Assembly: GCA_000004985.1 (NCBI GenBank)
Contig: GG738901.1
Source: Naegleria gruberi
Taxonomy: Eukaryota
Direction: 5' to 3' (one strand)
DNA: 64,000 nucleotides
Within the stretch, counting starts at the first letter, position 1. The number at the start of each line of letters is the position of its first letter. Positions 19,246 to 31,183 of this stretch are shown piece by piece. Position numbers and translations under genes: made by a program. The notes beneath the pieces are model-generated. The model saw only the letters and a program-made list of their open reading frames with translations. It did no database searches and was not told the DNA's origin.

Positions 19246-20356
19246 ATGTCTTCATGGTGTGGAGAACCTGCTGCTATTACTTTAGATTTTCCACCGTTAA
19301 AGGCTTCATCATCACTCACCAATAAATTACACAATACCAGTCTCTCCCGAGCGAAATATCTTTCCTTAACAAAGACTTTATTTCGATCGAATTTATGCAC
19401 GACGGGCAGTTTGAGACAGGATCAGAATTTTATAATGCAAATGGTAGAGAAGAATTCATACATTCTTGGCCATGCCTATGCTAATGGAAAAAGGTATATT
19501 CATAATCTTTATCGGAATACTCCAGAGAATTATGGAATTGAACAAACTGTGAATCAACAACAAGAGGATGAATCAAAGGAGAGAGCGCTCAAGTTGATAG
19601 AGGAATATTGTGTAAACTATGTAAAACTGAGTGAAACGTTAAAAAACGATATTGATATTTGTTTGGCTTGTTTGAGGAATAATGGATTTTATTATGTTTT
19701 TCAAAATTCACAAAATAGTCAAAATAAGGAGCTTATTGAGAGAGCAGTTAGAGAGATTTCAGAATTAACCTTTTTTATGCAAAGCATTGTGATAAAGCTT
19801 TAGCCAGTACTCCACGTGCTATGAAAAAGAACAAAGATCTAATGGTGAAAGTGATGCAAGTTTCACCAGCATCAGTACTCACATTTATTGATCAATCATT
19901 GGTTCGAAATAAGGAATTCATAGTAGAGTGTATCAATTCTATGGCAAGCAGTGCACTTGAATCTTTAGAAATCTATTTGCCTTATGGTATGTTAAATGAT
20001 ATAGAACTTGTCACTGCCCTTGTTATTCAGTCTCCGAATTGTTATTCTGGTTGCCATGCATTTCTCAGGATAGAGAACTTGTTCTGAGGGTGATCAAGAA
20101 AAGTCCAAGACAATACCAATACGTTTCTGAAGAATTTAAAAATGATAAGGAAATTACTTTGGAAGCAGTCAAACAATCCTATCATTATTTAGCGAATGCA
20201 CCAAGCACTATTAGAATGGATAAGGAGTTTGTGTTGCAATGTATTTTAATAGATACTGAGACAATCAAGTGTACTTATTTACAATATGATGCAGAGTTTG
20301 TTCTGAAATATTGTGGAAATCTTTCGAAAGAAGTAGAAATTGAGGCAGTGAAGTAA
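19246..20356 (+). pseudogene. Fragmented DUF4116-repeat gene (two frameshifts), likely a pseudogene
   Basis: Three consecutive ORFs in three different frames (19246..19803, 19821..20087, 20039..20356) all carry DUF4116-type repeats (KNDKEITLEAVKQSYHYLANA, DRELVLRVIKKSPRQYQY). The shifts fall near a T6 run at about 19771-19776 and at about 20045-20070. I found no plausible intron to bridge them. Confidence 0.45.
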
Positions 20357-20958
20357 AATGGGCTCTATAGACCACGAAATAGTTTTTTCGATAGTTTTGA
20401 TGAAGTGTTGGATTTAAGAATGGAACATGAATATCCAGATCTGTATATCTGAAGAAATTTATTTGGTGCAGTATTCTTTCCATAAAACCGCCAAACTCGA
20501 GTAAGCTGCTTCAAGTTGGTTTGGTCAATTAAGGTCGTCTAATAAGACACAAGCTTCTCATTTTGGTCTTGCACATACCTTCTAGTGTTCAAAAAAAATC
20601 ACATTGAAAAGTTGTTCCAAATCCACAGCCAAATTCCAATACCAACTCTATTGAAAGATGACTTTAGTAGAAATTAATCTCAACGGCAAGTCCAAAGTGA
20701 TTCTATTTCAATAAATTCCAAACAAATACTAACTTCACAGTATAATACTATTATCACTATGATCTGACATGGTGTTTCAAGTGGATTTTCGTTCATTACT
20801 GGTTACACAAACGTTGATACTCATTATTGGAGATTACCAAAGGCAAAGAATCCAATTACAATAGTCCATTTCATTCGAAATTGAATTTTCAACATTTTAA
20901 AAATGTATATTCCAATTCTTTGAATATTCAATTTCATTATTTCACACTCAAAAAAAAA

Positions 20959-22887
20959 ATGCATCAATTTCTTCCTCGTGATATGTGGCTCGAGGTTTTT
21001 TCCTTCCTAAAACCAACACTGATCATTTCACAATGTTCACCACTCTCACACGAATGGCACAATTTAATGGCATCTATAAATTTTGAACTTTCATTCAAGA
21101 TGAAGAATTCTGAAGAGGATGATTACATTGATGATGAGGAAACAGATGAGATTGAATTGTGTAATAAAGTAGGAAAGGAAGGCAGATATGCAGCACTTGA
21201 AAAGGCAATTGTTGGCATGTGTCAGTGCAGTGCTTTGAAAAGTGTCAAAAAATTGAATTTTTCACAAGTTTCACTAAATGATGAGCTTGTTAGAAAGATT
21301 GCCCAATGTGAAAATTTTGCCAATTTGCAATCGTTGAATCTTTACAATAGTGAGATTAGTGTTGCGAGCTTTAAGGCAATTCTGAAAAGTACTTTTGCAA
21401 ATTCTTTGAAAAAACTCAAATTTGAGGGGAAGAATATGGAAAAATCAAATTGTGAAGAAATTGAAAAGTATTTGGAAGAAAATAGTGGTCAACTGAGTAA
21501 TCTTGGTGTGTATTATTTTGAAATGGGAGAAATTATGAAAACTACTCATCATGAATATGCATCGGAACTTTTCAAAAAGGCAGTAGATCACAAGTATTAC
21601 AAAGCCATGTTTACAATTGGTGTCATGTATGATATTGGACCACTTCAATTTCAAGGTGGAGGAGAGGAGGCAATGGAATGGTATTTGAAAGCTCTGAATA
21701 ATGGAATAGCCAAGGCAGCTGTTAATCTTGGAGTTGTTTACAGAGAGGGCATTGTTGTAAAGAAGGATATTTCGAAAACAATCGAATATTATTCAATGGC
21801 TGACAGAATGGGAGGAACTACGGGAATGTTCTATCTTTCCTTATTATATTTCGATGGAGAAGGGGTAGAAGAAGATATCAATAGAGCAATGAAACTACTC
21901 AAGAAGGCAGGATCACTTGGAGACAAAGATGCATTTTGTAGATTAGGCGAAATCTATTTGGAAGGTCATCTCTTTGAGGTTAATAAGGAGAAAGCTTTCT
22001 ACTACTTTAATAAGGCTGCGAAATTAGGAAGTGCCAAAGCAATGCATCATTTGGGTGTCATGTATAGAACAGGTGAGTTTGTAGAGCAAGATAATGAAAA
22101 ATCTTTCAGATACTATCTGAAATCTGCCAAATTAGGACATGCAAGTGCTCAATTGTGTGTTGCAGATTGTTATGAGAATGATAAGGATGACATGGATGAG
22201 GCATTCAAATGGTACTTGAAATCTGCTCTAAATGGTGATACTAGAGCTGCTCTCTATGCAGGTGCCTTATTGGCGAATGGTAAAAAGGTGGAAAGAAATC
22301 TACCACTTGCACTTATGCTCTGTGATAGAGCAGCAAGAAGTGGAAATGTTCATGCCCTCTGTAATGTTGGACGAATATACGAATTTGGAGATGAAACAAT
22401 TCCAGTTGACATACCCAAAGCTATTCAATATTATGAAAATGCAGCAAGTATGGATAGTACAAGGGCTATGTTAAGTCTTGGTGTCCTCCTTTCAGGTAAT
22501 GATATCTACAGAGATATGGAGAAAGCCAAGCAATATTTGTTAAGAGGAAGTGAACTTGGTGATCTGTATTGTAAATTTGCTTTGGCTGAATTATTCTATC
22601 TACTTGAAGATTATGAAAATGCCTTGTTGTGGATTAATGAGGCGATTGAAGAGGGTGATCTCGAGGCCATCTGTACATTAGGAAAGTGGTATAAGGAAGG
22701 TAAAGCTGTGCCATTGGATTATTCGAAAGCAATAGAATTGTTTGAGAGGGCTTCTCTAAGCCTCTGTGATAATGCTGTAGAAGAACTTGCCGAAATGTAT
22801 AGAAATGGTTTGGGAGTGGAAAAGAATGAGGAAAAGGCTAATGAGCTAATGCAATCCATTGGTTGCACAGAACAAGCAGAAGAATAG
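20959..22887 (+). CDS. F-box-like / Sel1-repeat (SLR) protein
   Basis: The ATG is at 20959 (MHQFLPRDMWLEVFSFLK..., F-box-like). At least 10 Sel1 repeats follow, with consensus A..LG..Y..G.GV..D...A..WY.KAA. Confidence 0.75.
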   Translation: MHQFLPRDMWLEVFSFLKPTLIISQCSPLSHEWHNLMASINFELSFKMKNSEEDDYIDDEETDEIELCNKVGKEGRYAALEKAIVGMCQCSALKSVKKLNFSQVSLNDELVRKIAQCENFANLQSLNLYNSEISVASFKAILKSTFANSLKKLKFEGKNMEKSNCEEIEKYLEENSGQLSNLGVYYFEMGEIMKTTHHEYASELFKKAVDHKYYKAMFTIGVMYDIGPLQFQGGGEEAMEWYLKALNNGIAKAAVNLGVVYREGIVVKKDISKTIEYYSMADRMGGTTGMFYLSLLYFDGEGVEEDINRAMKLLKKAGSLGDKDAFCRLGEIYLEGHLFEVNKEKAFYYFNKAAKLGSAKAMHHLGVMYRTGEFVEQDNEKSFRYYLKSAKLGHASAQLCVADCYENDKDDMDEAFKWYLKSALNGDTRAALYAGALLANGKKVERNLPLALMLCDRAARSGNVHALCNVGRIYEFGDETIPVDIPKAIQYYENAASMDSTRAMLSLGVLLSGNDIYRDMEKAKQYLLRGSELGDLYCKFALAELFYLLEDYENALLWINEAIEEGDLEAICTLGKWYKEGKAVPLDYSKAIELFERASLSLCDNAVEELAEMYRNGLGVEKNEEKANELMQSIGCTEQAEE

Positions 22888-22923
22888 GTTATTATTATTG
22901 GAAAGACAAAACAACTTATTAAA

Positions 22924-25110
22924 TTATTTACTACTATACTTTCTGAAACAAATTTCATCCTTGACCTCTGTTGAAAGTCTTGCCAGTGTTTCTCTATTGT
23001 TGAAAAGGTTTTGAATGTTTTCCACTCCAAAGTTGATTAGTCTTTCATAAACTGAATCATTGTAATTTCCTAATTGTTCAAATAATGTGCAAAAATTATC
23101 AATTGTAATTTGTAAATTATTCAAATAGTAATCTATCATTTCCTTTACGTCATAAAGTGCAAAACATTTAAAAAGTGGAAGAGCTTGATTGATTGGAACA
23201 CTGGAAACATCGAAAACTCCATAACAATATTTCAGAACTATCTCATGTAGGTCTTCCGAGAATTCCTCAGTATCAATAACATAAATATCATCCTTCAAGT
23301 CTTGATATTCAAAACCACTATTGAATAGTGCTTCATAGTATGGGCTGTTGGATGCAAGAATTGTTTTGTGTGCATAGAATTCTTTTGTGCCCGTCTTGAT
23401 GGTAATATCGCTTGTTGCTTTGTCGTTGAAGAGTGTTTCAACTGACTTAGTGGTCTTATCTGATGTTTCATCATCATTGATAGTAATTGGATTTATGGTA
23501 GTGGATAGCTTTTTGGCAATCGGCACAAGATGTTTTTGAAATATTGGAATGTCAACTGCGCTTGCCGATTGTTGCATTGTTTTTGCAGCGTGGCCAATAC
23601 AGTAGTCCAGTAATTGGTCTAGCAATGGATTATCAATGAACAAAGGTGCACTGTCTTTAGCTTGTGTAACTTTTTCCAAATTTTTGGAAACTAGTTGAGC
23701 ACAAGATTGACTAAATGATTTTGTAAATTCATCTACCAATTTTCTCTTCAGAGAAGTAAATCCTTTTGACATTCCAAGAATGGCCAAGATATCAACCAAT
23801 TCATACTTGTCAAACCATTCACTATCGTGATATTGTTGGTACATGATTGAATCAATTAAATGTTGAATGATTTCCATTTGAGTGGAAGTTAAGTGTTTCA
23901 ATAAAAAGGAATTGAAAACAATAGATTTAGAGAAATGAGGAGCCAAAATATTAAATACACTCTTACAGCATATCAAGTTAGTTCCATCAACAAGGTCTCT
24001 ATCATACTTTTTCAATTTGAAAGAAAGTGGTTTGAGCAGAGTTGCATGATAGGATCCAACAATTTTCCTAATTCTATTATTTCCAAAATCGCTGAAATAC
24101 ACATCTCCATTCTTTGCATGAACTGCTATTTGACATGGAGAAGAAATCTTTGCATTTATAGCAAGGCCACCATCTCCGTCAAATCCCTTTTCATTGATTC
24201 CACAAACTGTAGTGATTCTTCCATCAATTGGTGAAACTGTACAAATTCTGTTATTGCTTCGATCTGTCACATAGATAATTTGACCTCTAGTGCAAAATGA
24301 AACATCATATGGATAATTCAATTGTGCATCAATACCATCTGAATATCCTGCTTTTCCTGTTCCTGCCAATGTTGTAATGATTCCACTTTTACAATTAACC
24401 TTTCTAACTCTATGATTATTCGAATCCGCAATATAAACATCACCAGTAGTTGGATTAAAATCGAGCCCACTAGGGCCATTAAGTTGAGCATTTGTTGCAA
24501 ATCCACCTTCCCCACAAAATCCAGCAGTTCCATTTCCAGCAAATGTTGAAATAATTCCAGACGAATTAGAAATTCTTCTTATTTTGTTATTAACAAAATC
24601 AATAATATAAATATCAAAAGTTATTGGATGAATCTTGACACACTGTGGAAAATACAATTGAGCAAATAATGCCAACCCACCATCACCTGACGTACCTCCA
24701 GTATTATTACCTGCAACTGTACTTATGGTACCATAGGTTAATGAAATCTTTCTAATTCTATGATTGGAATAATCAGCAATATACAGCTCCTCATTCTTTG
24801 GATGAATTGAAACAGATAATGGACAATTTAATTGAGCATGTAAAGCCAGCCCTCCATCACCTGAATAACCTGCAACTCCAGTACCAGCAATAGTAGTGAT
24901 CTTATTATCCAATGCAGACACTTTACGAATACAATGATTTCTATAATCTGCAATATACACATCATTACTATAGGGATTAACAGCTACACCATATGGAGAG
25001 GAAAGTTTAGCCTCTATTGCTAAACCATTGTCTCCATAGAAACCTTTAATGCCATTACCAGCAATAGTCCAAATTGTTTGTTCCATTCCCTTTGGTGATT
25101 GACGCATCAT
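22924..25110 (-). CDS. NHL-repeat (6-blade) protein with C-terminal BTB/POZ domain
   Basis: The ATG is at 25110. Repeats have the form YGVAVNPYSNDVYIADYRNHCIRKV, typical of NHL. The C-terminal segment DITIKTGTKEFYAHKTILASNSPYYEALF is BTB. Confidence 0.75.
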   Translation of the reverse strand: MMRQSPKGMEQTIWTIAGNGIKGFYGDNGLAIEAKLSSPYGVAVNPYSNDVYIADYRNHCIRKVSALDNKITTIAGTGVAGYSGDGGLALHAQLNCPLSVSIHPKNEELYIADYSNHRIRKISLTYGTISTVAGNNTGGTSGDGGLALFAQLYFPQCVKIHPITFDIYIIDFVNNKIRRISNSSGIISTFAGNGTAGFCGEGGFATNAQLNGPSGLDFNPTTGDVYIADSNNHRVRKVNCKSGIITTLAGTGKAGYSDGIDAQLNYPYDVSFCTRGQIIYVTDRSNNRICTVSPIDGRITTVCGINEKGFDGDGGLAINAKISSPCQIAVHAKNGDVYFSDFGNNRIRKIVGSYHATLLKPLSFKLKKYDRDLVDGTNLICCKSVFNILAPHFSKSIVFNSFLLKHLTSTQMEIIQHLIDSIMYQQYHDSEWFDKYELVDILAILGMSKGFTSLKRKLVDEFTKSFSQSCAQLVSKNLEKVTQAKDSAPLFIDNPLLDQLLDYCIGHAAKTMQQSASAVDIPIFQKHLVPIAKKLSTTINPITINDDETSDKTTKSVETLFNDKATSDITIKTGTKEFYAHKTILASNSPYYEALFNSGFEYQDLKDDIYVIDTEEFSEDLHEIVLKYCYGVFDVSSVPINQALPLFKCFALYDVKEMIDYYLNNLQITIDNFCTLFEQLGNYNDSVYERLINFGVENIQNLFNNRETLARLSTEVKDEICFRKYSSK

Positions 25111-25373
25111 GATGAATAATTCGGAGGATTATTGAGTTATCTTGCTGTTTTTTTTTAAAGATCATAAAATTTTCACTGTAAGCAAAGGCATTACCATTAT
25201 TTTTTTTTAAAATTTAAAAAATTAATTATTTTGATGATGTAAATGATTGCGTCATTGAATCAAATTACACATGCTAATCTTCTTTAGCAGAGAGAAGAAA
25301 GGATATCGTATACTCTTCATAGTATGGATGAACAAAATTTTATTTGAAGTTTTTTTTTTCGAAAAGAAGAAAA

Positions 25374-26489
25374 ATGAGCGAACAACAAGCAACAACTTCA
25401 TCAACAACAACAGCAACAACTCACCAAGTAGTGAATGGTGTTACAGTCGGATGCCAAGATTCATTCATCAGAATGTACCATCATTTTTCTAGAAAATTTG
25501 ATGATAATAACGGAGAAGATATTCAACCATCAGGTTTACTTGTAGGACATCTCAAGCCTGTTTCTGCATTGGATTCTGTTTGTTTTGGTTCTTCGGAGAA
25601 TGCCAAACATCGTATTGTTAGTGGTGGTTGGGATGGTGATGTTAGAGTCTTTGATGCCAACAGTATGGAATGTCTTGTCTTGTTGGAAAATACTTCAAAA
25701 CCACCAGAAGAAATTGAAAGTCCTCATGACACACTCACAGTTAAAGGAAAGGGTCACTCTATGGAAGTTTTAGCTGTTTCTCATGCCAAGTTGGGAGCTG
25801 AAGAAGCATTGTTGGTTACAGGTGGTATGGATTCAACAGTTAGAGTGTGGAAATGGAGAACTACTGAAGATGCTAGAGTTGATGAAATTAATTATGAAAC
25901 AACTTTGAATCATCGTGAAGGAAAGGAAGATATTGGAGTTTGGAGTTTAACTGTTGATACAGGTGCTTCCAATCCAGTTGTTTATTCATCATGTTTACAC
26001 GATGGTATGATTAGAGGATATGATATCACCACACAAAAATTAGTAGCCAAAATGAAATTGCACACCAGTGATGTTCGTCACGTTAAAGTTACTGACCTCC
26101 AATCAAAGGCCACTTTAATTTCATGCTCATCCGATAAGAGTATTAAATGTGTTGATTTGAGAGGTAACAAGGTTTCAATGAGAGCTGAAAATGTTTCAAC
26201 AAATACTGTCATGCACTTTTCTTTGGACGATAATAATAACATGCTCTATTGTGCTGATAATGCTGGATGTATCCGTAGTTTGGACACTAGAATGGGATTA
26301 AAGAAGGTTGATGAAGTTAAGAATGCTCATCGTGGTGGTATTACAAAAATTGTTTACAATAAGGGACTTATTTATACAGGTGGTGGTGCTGATAAGGTTG
26401 TGAGAGTATGGGATGCCAATAAGAGACTTGCTCCTGTTGCTTTTGTTCCAGTTAATGATGCTATTTTCTCCATGGCAAAATTACATTAA
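25374..26489 (+). CDS. WD40-repeat protein
   Basis: Repeated GG.D..VRVWD and TGGMDSTVRVWKW motifs mark WD40 blades. The ATG at 25374 is in the ORF-track frame. Confidence 0.7.
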   Translation: MSEQQATTSSTTTATTHQVVNGVTVGCQDSFIRMYHHFSRKFDDNNGEDIQPSGLLVGHLKPVSALDSVCFGSSENAKHRIVSGGWDGDVRVFDANSMECLVLLENTSKPPEEIESPHDTLTVKGKGHSMEVLAVSHAKLGAEEALLVTGGMDSTVRVWKWRTTEDARVDEINYETTLNHREGKEDIGVWSLTVDTGASNPVVYSSCLHDGMIRGYDITTQKLVAKMKLHTSDVRHVKVTDLQSKATLISCSSDKSIKCVDLRGNKVSMRAENVSTNTVMHFSLDDNNNMLYCADNAGCIRSLDTRMGLKKVDEVKNAHRGGITKIVYNKGLIYTGGGADKVVRVWDANKRLAPVAFVPVNDAIFSMAKLH

Positions 26490-26754
26490 AAACATTTTTG
26501 AAATTTTAAATAATAATTCACTTATTTAATGAGATCTTCCATAGACCTCCTACACCATTTTACAAATTTTAATGAACTCATTGTACAAATCAGATCATTA
26601 AGGAGCCATTTAGTAAAATGATCCTAACCCAACAAGTTGCTACAAAATTACCAAATTAATTCATATTGTCGCCATGTATTCACATTGTACAGTACTCATT
26701 CCCAATATAAATTGTAAAGCCACATACCTTTTAGAAACAAATTCAACAAAAAAA

Positions 26755-28029
26755 ATGTCTTTGCTATTCTACATTCCGATTGGCATACTTTCGGGAATGG
26801 CACTGTGGTCACTCTACCTGCGAATTTTCAAAAAGTTATCCCTCCCTGCACAAATTACACGATTAGTATTTCACTCCTTCCGATTGCAAATGAAATATTG
26901 GAAGGGAGCTAAAACGATGAGAGAAGGTGATTCATCACTGAAGAATTTATCGGAGGAAGAGTTGAGTTTGATGAACATGATGGATACACTGATTGGAAAA
27001 TTCGATTCGGAGGAGAATAAAAATCTTTATGTGGATAATGATTTTATGGATAAGAATAAGAAAAGAGAAGAGATTATTGATGAAATTATCAAATTCAGAA
27101 CAAGCTTGCCTGGAGGAATACATCAATCGAAGGCTGGTCCTTTTTACCTTCCAGATGAAAAGATCTTTTTGAGAGAGACCTTTGAATTACCTAACAAGCA
27201 TCCTAGTATCTATTTCAATTTCCATGATAAACTTGAAGAGAGTAAGAGAAATTCAATTTGTAACAAGTTTGGAAGAGTTGCACTGATTCATTTCCATGGA
27301 GGAGGATACTTGATGGGAGAACCTTCAACTTGCTATACTTTGGAGAATATTTGCTCAACCAATGGATTTGATTTGTTTGGAGTGGATTATAGTTTGTATC
27401 CAGAGCATACTATTGAGGATGCTATCGAGGATGCATTCAAGGCATTCAAGTGGCTAGTTGATGAAAAGGGTGCTAAGCATGTGATTAGTATTGGTGAGAG
27501 CGCTGGAGGACACTTGGCCACAATGTTGGTCGATAGAATAGCTCAGGAAAGACAACAAAATGGATTGGATGACAAGTATAATTGTATTGTAGGAGTTATT
27601 GGATTATCACCTTGGTGTGACGTTACAATGACAAGTCCTGGAATGTGTGATGCAAAACATGTTGATAGAGCCCTTCCAAACAAGGCCCTTAATCAATTCA
27701 AAAAATGGGGAATTCCATTAGGATTTAATCAACTTGAAAGAGGTAAAAATCTATCTCCAAACTATTTCTCAAAGGATAGAATTGATAGAATGAAGGATAT
27801 AACCAATAGATTCCTCTTTTCTTATAGTAGAAATGAACGTTTGACTTTGGAGATTGACAAATTTATTTCAATTTTGAACAAGAATAATTTCAGTGTAGAA
27901 AAGCACGTTGAAACTATTCCTTTCCACTGCTTCCATATCTTTTGTGATTTCATTCCAGCCATCTTCTCAAAGTTGGAATCTCAAATTGTTTCATTCATTG
28001 AAAAAGGAGTTCAACAATCTCAAAAATAA
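26755..28029 (+). CDS. Alpha/beta-hydrolase fold-3 esterase/lipase (AADAC/HSL-like) with N-terminal TM segment
   Basis: HFHGGGYLMG is the oxyanion HGGG motif. GESAGGHLA is the GxSxG nucleophile elbow. The N-terminal helix is hydrophobic. Confidence 0.7.
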   Translation: MSLLFYIPIGILSGMALWSLYLRIFKKLSLPAQITRLVFHSFRLQMKYWKGAKTMREGDSSLKNLSEEELSLMNMMDTLIGKFDSEENKNLYVDNDFMDKNKKREEIIDEIIKFRTSLPGGIHQSKAGPFYLPDEKIFLRETFELPNKHPSIYFNFHDKLEESKRNSICNKFGRVALIHFHGGGYLMGEPSTCYTLENICSTNGFDLFGVDYSLYPEHTIEDAIEDAFKAFKWLVDEKGAKHVISIGESAGGHLATMLVDRIAQERQQNGLDDKYNCIVGVIGLSPWCDVTMTSPGMCDAKHVDRALPNKALNQFKKWGIPLGFNQLERGKNLSPNYFSKDRIDRMKDITNRFLFSYSRNERLTLEIDKFISILNKNNFSVEKHVETIPFHCFHIFCDFIPAIFSKLESQIVSFIEKGVQQSQK

Positions 28030-28891
28030 ATTGTTGCAACGATTAACTGTAAATATTAACAAACTGATTGAAACGGATATATTATTTTTATTCTCAATTC
28101 TCATCTCAATATTGACTGAGCAACACCAATGTCATTGTTTTGATTGAATCTGAATTTAAATTGCAAGTCTACTGAGGCGTTGAAGAAAATTGTTGAATCA
28201 ATGAATCAGCATGACTATTGATGACGTTGCATATCATGTGTGAATAAAAATATAATTTAGTAACTTTACCATTATCATCTTTTCAATCAAAATTGAATCG
28301 GAGTTGAAGAGATTTTCAATGTTGGAAAACCTCATTGTAAAATGCAAACTAGTTTACAATTTCTTTCAAAGATATGTACTGTGTAAAATTGAATGTCAAT
28401 TTAATGGACCAACATTGATCCTTAATTCAATTTCAAAATCAATTTCCATCCTTGTTCAAACTTTCTTGAGAAGTATACACGTGGAATTGCAATAGTAATT
28501 TTCCTCTTGCTTCCACTTCAATTTACAAAACAACGTTGGCCCGCCAAAAAAACAAGTTTAAAAATAAAACTAACGACTAGATCCGCTGATAAAGCCACTT
28601 CGCGCTGGAAAAGTATTTGATTAAAAATCTAAAAAAAAACCTATCAATTCTACTCCTCGATTTGTCAAAGTGCGGAAAGGCCAAACGTTTTTCAAATTCT
28701 CCAGAGCCTTTTCTCCATCATCATCTTTGTTCGGTAAACAACAACGATCATTTTCAGTTTCATTCATTGGTCGCCTCTCTTTTAGTAGTTCTATTTCAAT
28801 ACAATAGTATAGATATTAAAATATATTGAACAACATCCTTTCCCATTCTCTCCCATTCAAATTCTGTCACCCATTTTCCCATAGTTTTATA

Positions 28892-29542
28892 ATGATTTTA
28901 CGTTATCCTCCACTTCAACAACAAACAAATTCATCATCTTGTTCCCTTTTCCCTTCCCAATTTGATTCTCCCTTCCCGGTAATGAATAGCAATACCAATA
29001 ATACCAGTAATTTTATTTCATTTATTCATCACTCAACTGAGATTGAAAATGAAAACAACTCCTCACTAATGAATGACGAACCACCATGCACTCCTTGTTC
29101 TACATGGTTGTCACTAACTTCTCTCCACCAACTCTCTTTCAATTCTAATAATAACCTCAATCCTAATTGTAACACATCTGATATGACTAGTTTATCCTCC
29201 TCCACAACCACCACCACTTCATGTACCATTAGTAGTAATTCTAATGAATCCCAACTTATGCCTCCTCCACCTTCATTCCAATTCCCAACCTCAATTCCCT
29301 CAAACATTTCAGCAAAAGACTTATTTGAAGAAGAGTTTCGTTTGAAATGTAGCAAGTATAGAAAAGTCAATGAAGCCACCAGAAGTGTGAGCTCTCTCAC
29401 TCCTTGCAGTTCTTCCTCAGCTAAATCATTGGATAGCAATGAAAAATCTTCACAAGATATGGAACCATCAACCAGTAATAACAGCCCACAACAACTGAAA
29501 ATATCAATGCAGCAACTGCTACCATTGTATCAAAAGTATTGA
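28892..29542 (+). CDS. Hypothetical S/T/N-rich low-complexity protein
   Basis: The only support is an ORF from an ATG; composition is low-complexity and I recognise no domain. Confidence 0.3.
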   Translation: MILRYPPLQQQTNSSSCSLFPSQFDSPFPVMNSNTNNTSNFISFIHHSTEIENENNSSLMNDEPPCTPCSTWLSLTSLHQLSFNSNNNLNPNCNTSDMTSLSSSTTTTTSCTISSNSNESQLMPPPPSFQFPTSIPSNISAKDLFEEEFRLKCSKYRKVNEATRSVSSLTPCSSSSAKSLDSNEKSSQDMEPSTSNNSPQQLKISMQQLLPLYQKY

Positions 29543-29790
29543 GCAATGTCCTCTCCAAGAGCAGTGAATTGAAACAAAAAAAGATTCAAAAAAGATCAGG
29601 ATTCAAGAGACAGGACATTCCTCGATTGGTTATCCCATCCGACCAATCCTCAGCAATATTTGTTAAACATTGTTCTTTACAAACTGGAAAGAAACAATAA
29701 ATGATTTTACCAAACTTTCTGAAATAATAACTCGTAAATTTATTCAAGTTATATCTCATCTTTAGAGATTATGAAACCAAAATTAAAAAA

Positions 29791-30804
29791 ATGAAACTAA
29801 ATCTTTTAGTAGAAATTCCCTCAGAAGTATTTGAGTTTGTTGTTTGCAAGTTTTTAGATACCAAGACACTCTTCTCCCTAATGAAGATCAACAAGAGGAT
29901 GAGAGATATTCTCCTTTCTTCATCTATTATTTGGGAAAATACACTCCGGTCCATGATCAATAACCAAGAGGAAACTTTTACAGTATCGGAGAAAGAAATG
30001 AATATTGGGAGAGTGCTGAAGAAATTACTCGATGAATTTTTAGATCAAATTAAAGAATTTAAAAACAATGGATTGATCAAGGGAATTTTACATTATTTGA
30101 ATGAGAATGAGTTCAAGACATTGTATGAGGAGCATTGTGAAAATGCCTACTTTTTCTTATATTGTTTGTTTAGAGCCTTTTCATTTGATAAGAGTGGATT
30201 TCCAAAGAGAATACCTCTTAAATCGAGAGAGGATGAAGTTCATTATTCACTTGTTGATTTCACAAATAATGACCACTGCTTTCATTCTTGCCACACGATC
30301 TTGAATGGTGATTGGGAGACTTGTAGAGCTAGAAAGAATTTACTGAAACATTTCAGATATTATTGGGCAATTCACTTAACAAATTACCATGAAGAAGTGT
30401 CGAATGCATGGATAACTCTTGTGGGAGTGGATGGCTTTGAAAATCAGCCTAGAAATCAAGACAGTTACTCTCTACACTATTATCTTGGTTGTGGAAAATC
30501 AAGAGGAAGAGGATATTGTGTTAATACTCACTCCAAACATTCTGATGGAACATGTGCCTATACTATTTCTAATATTAATTCCGAAGGAGATGTAATTGGC
30601 GTGGAATACTTTCAACAAGAGAGAACAATTAGCATGAAATTCTACTCACAATTTGGTAATGTAATTGTATCGTACGAATATGATCTGAAAGAGAGTGAAG
30701 ATATTTCAGATTTCAGACCAGCAGTTTCAATAGTTTCCCGAATATCTGCCTCAATCATTCCTTGGGATGGCTCTATTGAAACTTTACAAAAATTAAAACA
30801 GTAA
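29791..30804 (+). CDS. Hypothetical protein with F-box-like N-terminus
   Basis: The N-terminus reads MKLNLLVEIPSEVFEFVVCKFLDTKTLFSLMKINKRMRDIL. The ORF is continuous. Confidence 0.5.
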   Translation: MKLNLLVEIPSEVFEFVVCKFLDTKTLFSLMKINKRMRDILLSSSIIWENTLRSMINNQEETFTVSEKEMNIGRVLKKLLDEFLDQIKEFKNNGLIKGILHYLNENEFKTLYEEHCENAYFFLYCLFRAFSFDKSGFPKRIPLKSREDEVHYSLVDFTNNDHCFHSCHTILNGDWETCRARKNLLKHFRYYWAIHLTNYHEEVSNAWITLVGVDGFENQPRNQDSYSLHYYLGCGKSRGRGYCVNTHSKHSDGTCAYTISNINSEGDVIGVEYFQQERTISMKFYSQFGNVIVSYEYDLKESEDISDFRPAVSIVSRISASIIPWDGSIETLQKLKQ

Positions 30805-30990
30805 AATAAATAAAAAAACCAAAATAAATTTAAAATTCAACAAGAAAAAATGCAAAAGCCCGTAGAGAAGCTATCTACTCTGTTTCGCATGATGACAAAA
30901 TTCTAATCATGATCGCTGCACAATGACGCAGTAATATTAAAGTTTGAGAACTGAGAGGCTCTTTTTGTTAATCTATTTTGAAGCTTTTTC

Positions 30991-31029
30991 GTTCCGTATC
31001 AATCTAATTTAACTAGATTGATACGGAAC
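30991..31029. repeat. Perfect 16-bp inverted repeat (hairpin) with 7-nt loop in an intergenic region
   Basis: GTTCCGTATCAATCTA / ATTTAAC / TAGATTGATACGGAAC, read directly from the sequence. Confidence 0.6.
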
Positions 31030-31183
31030 CTATTAGGAAGGAGTTTCACTTTGTTTTTGTGAAAGAACAAATCGGTTACGATTGAAGATTTGGATACAAG
31101 TTATTTATGGATGTTCTCCACTGGGAGATGATTTGGATTCGTTGGAGCTGGCACTACACCAATCCAAAGGAAAAAATAAGACA

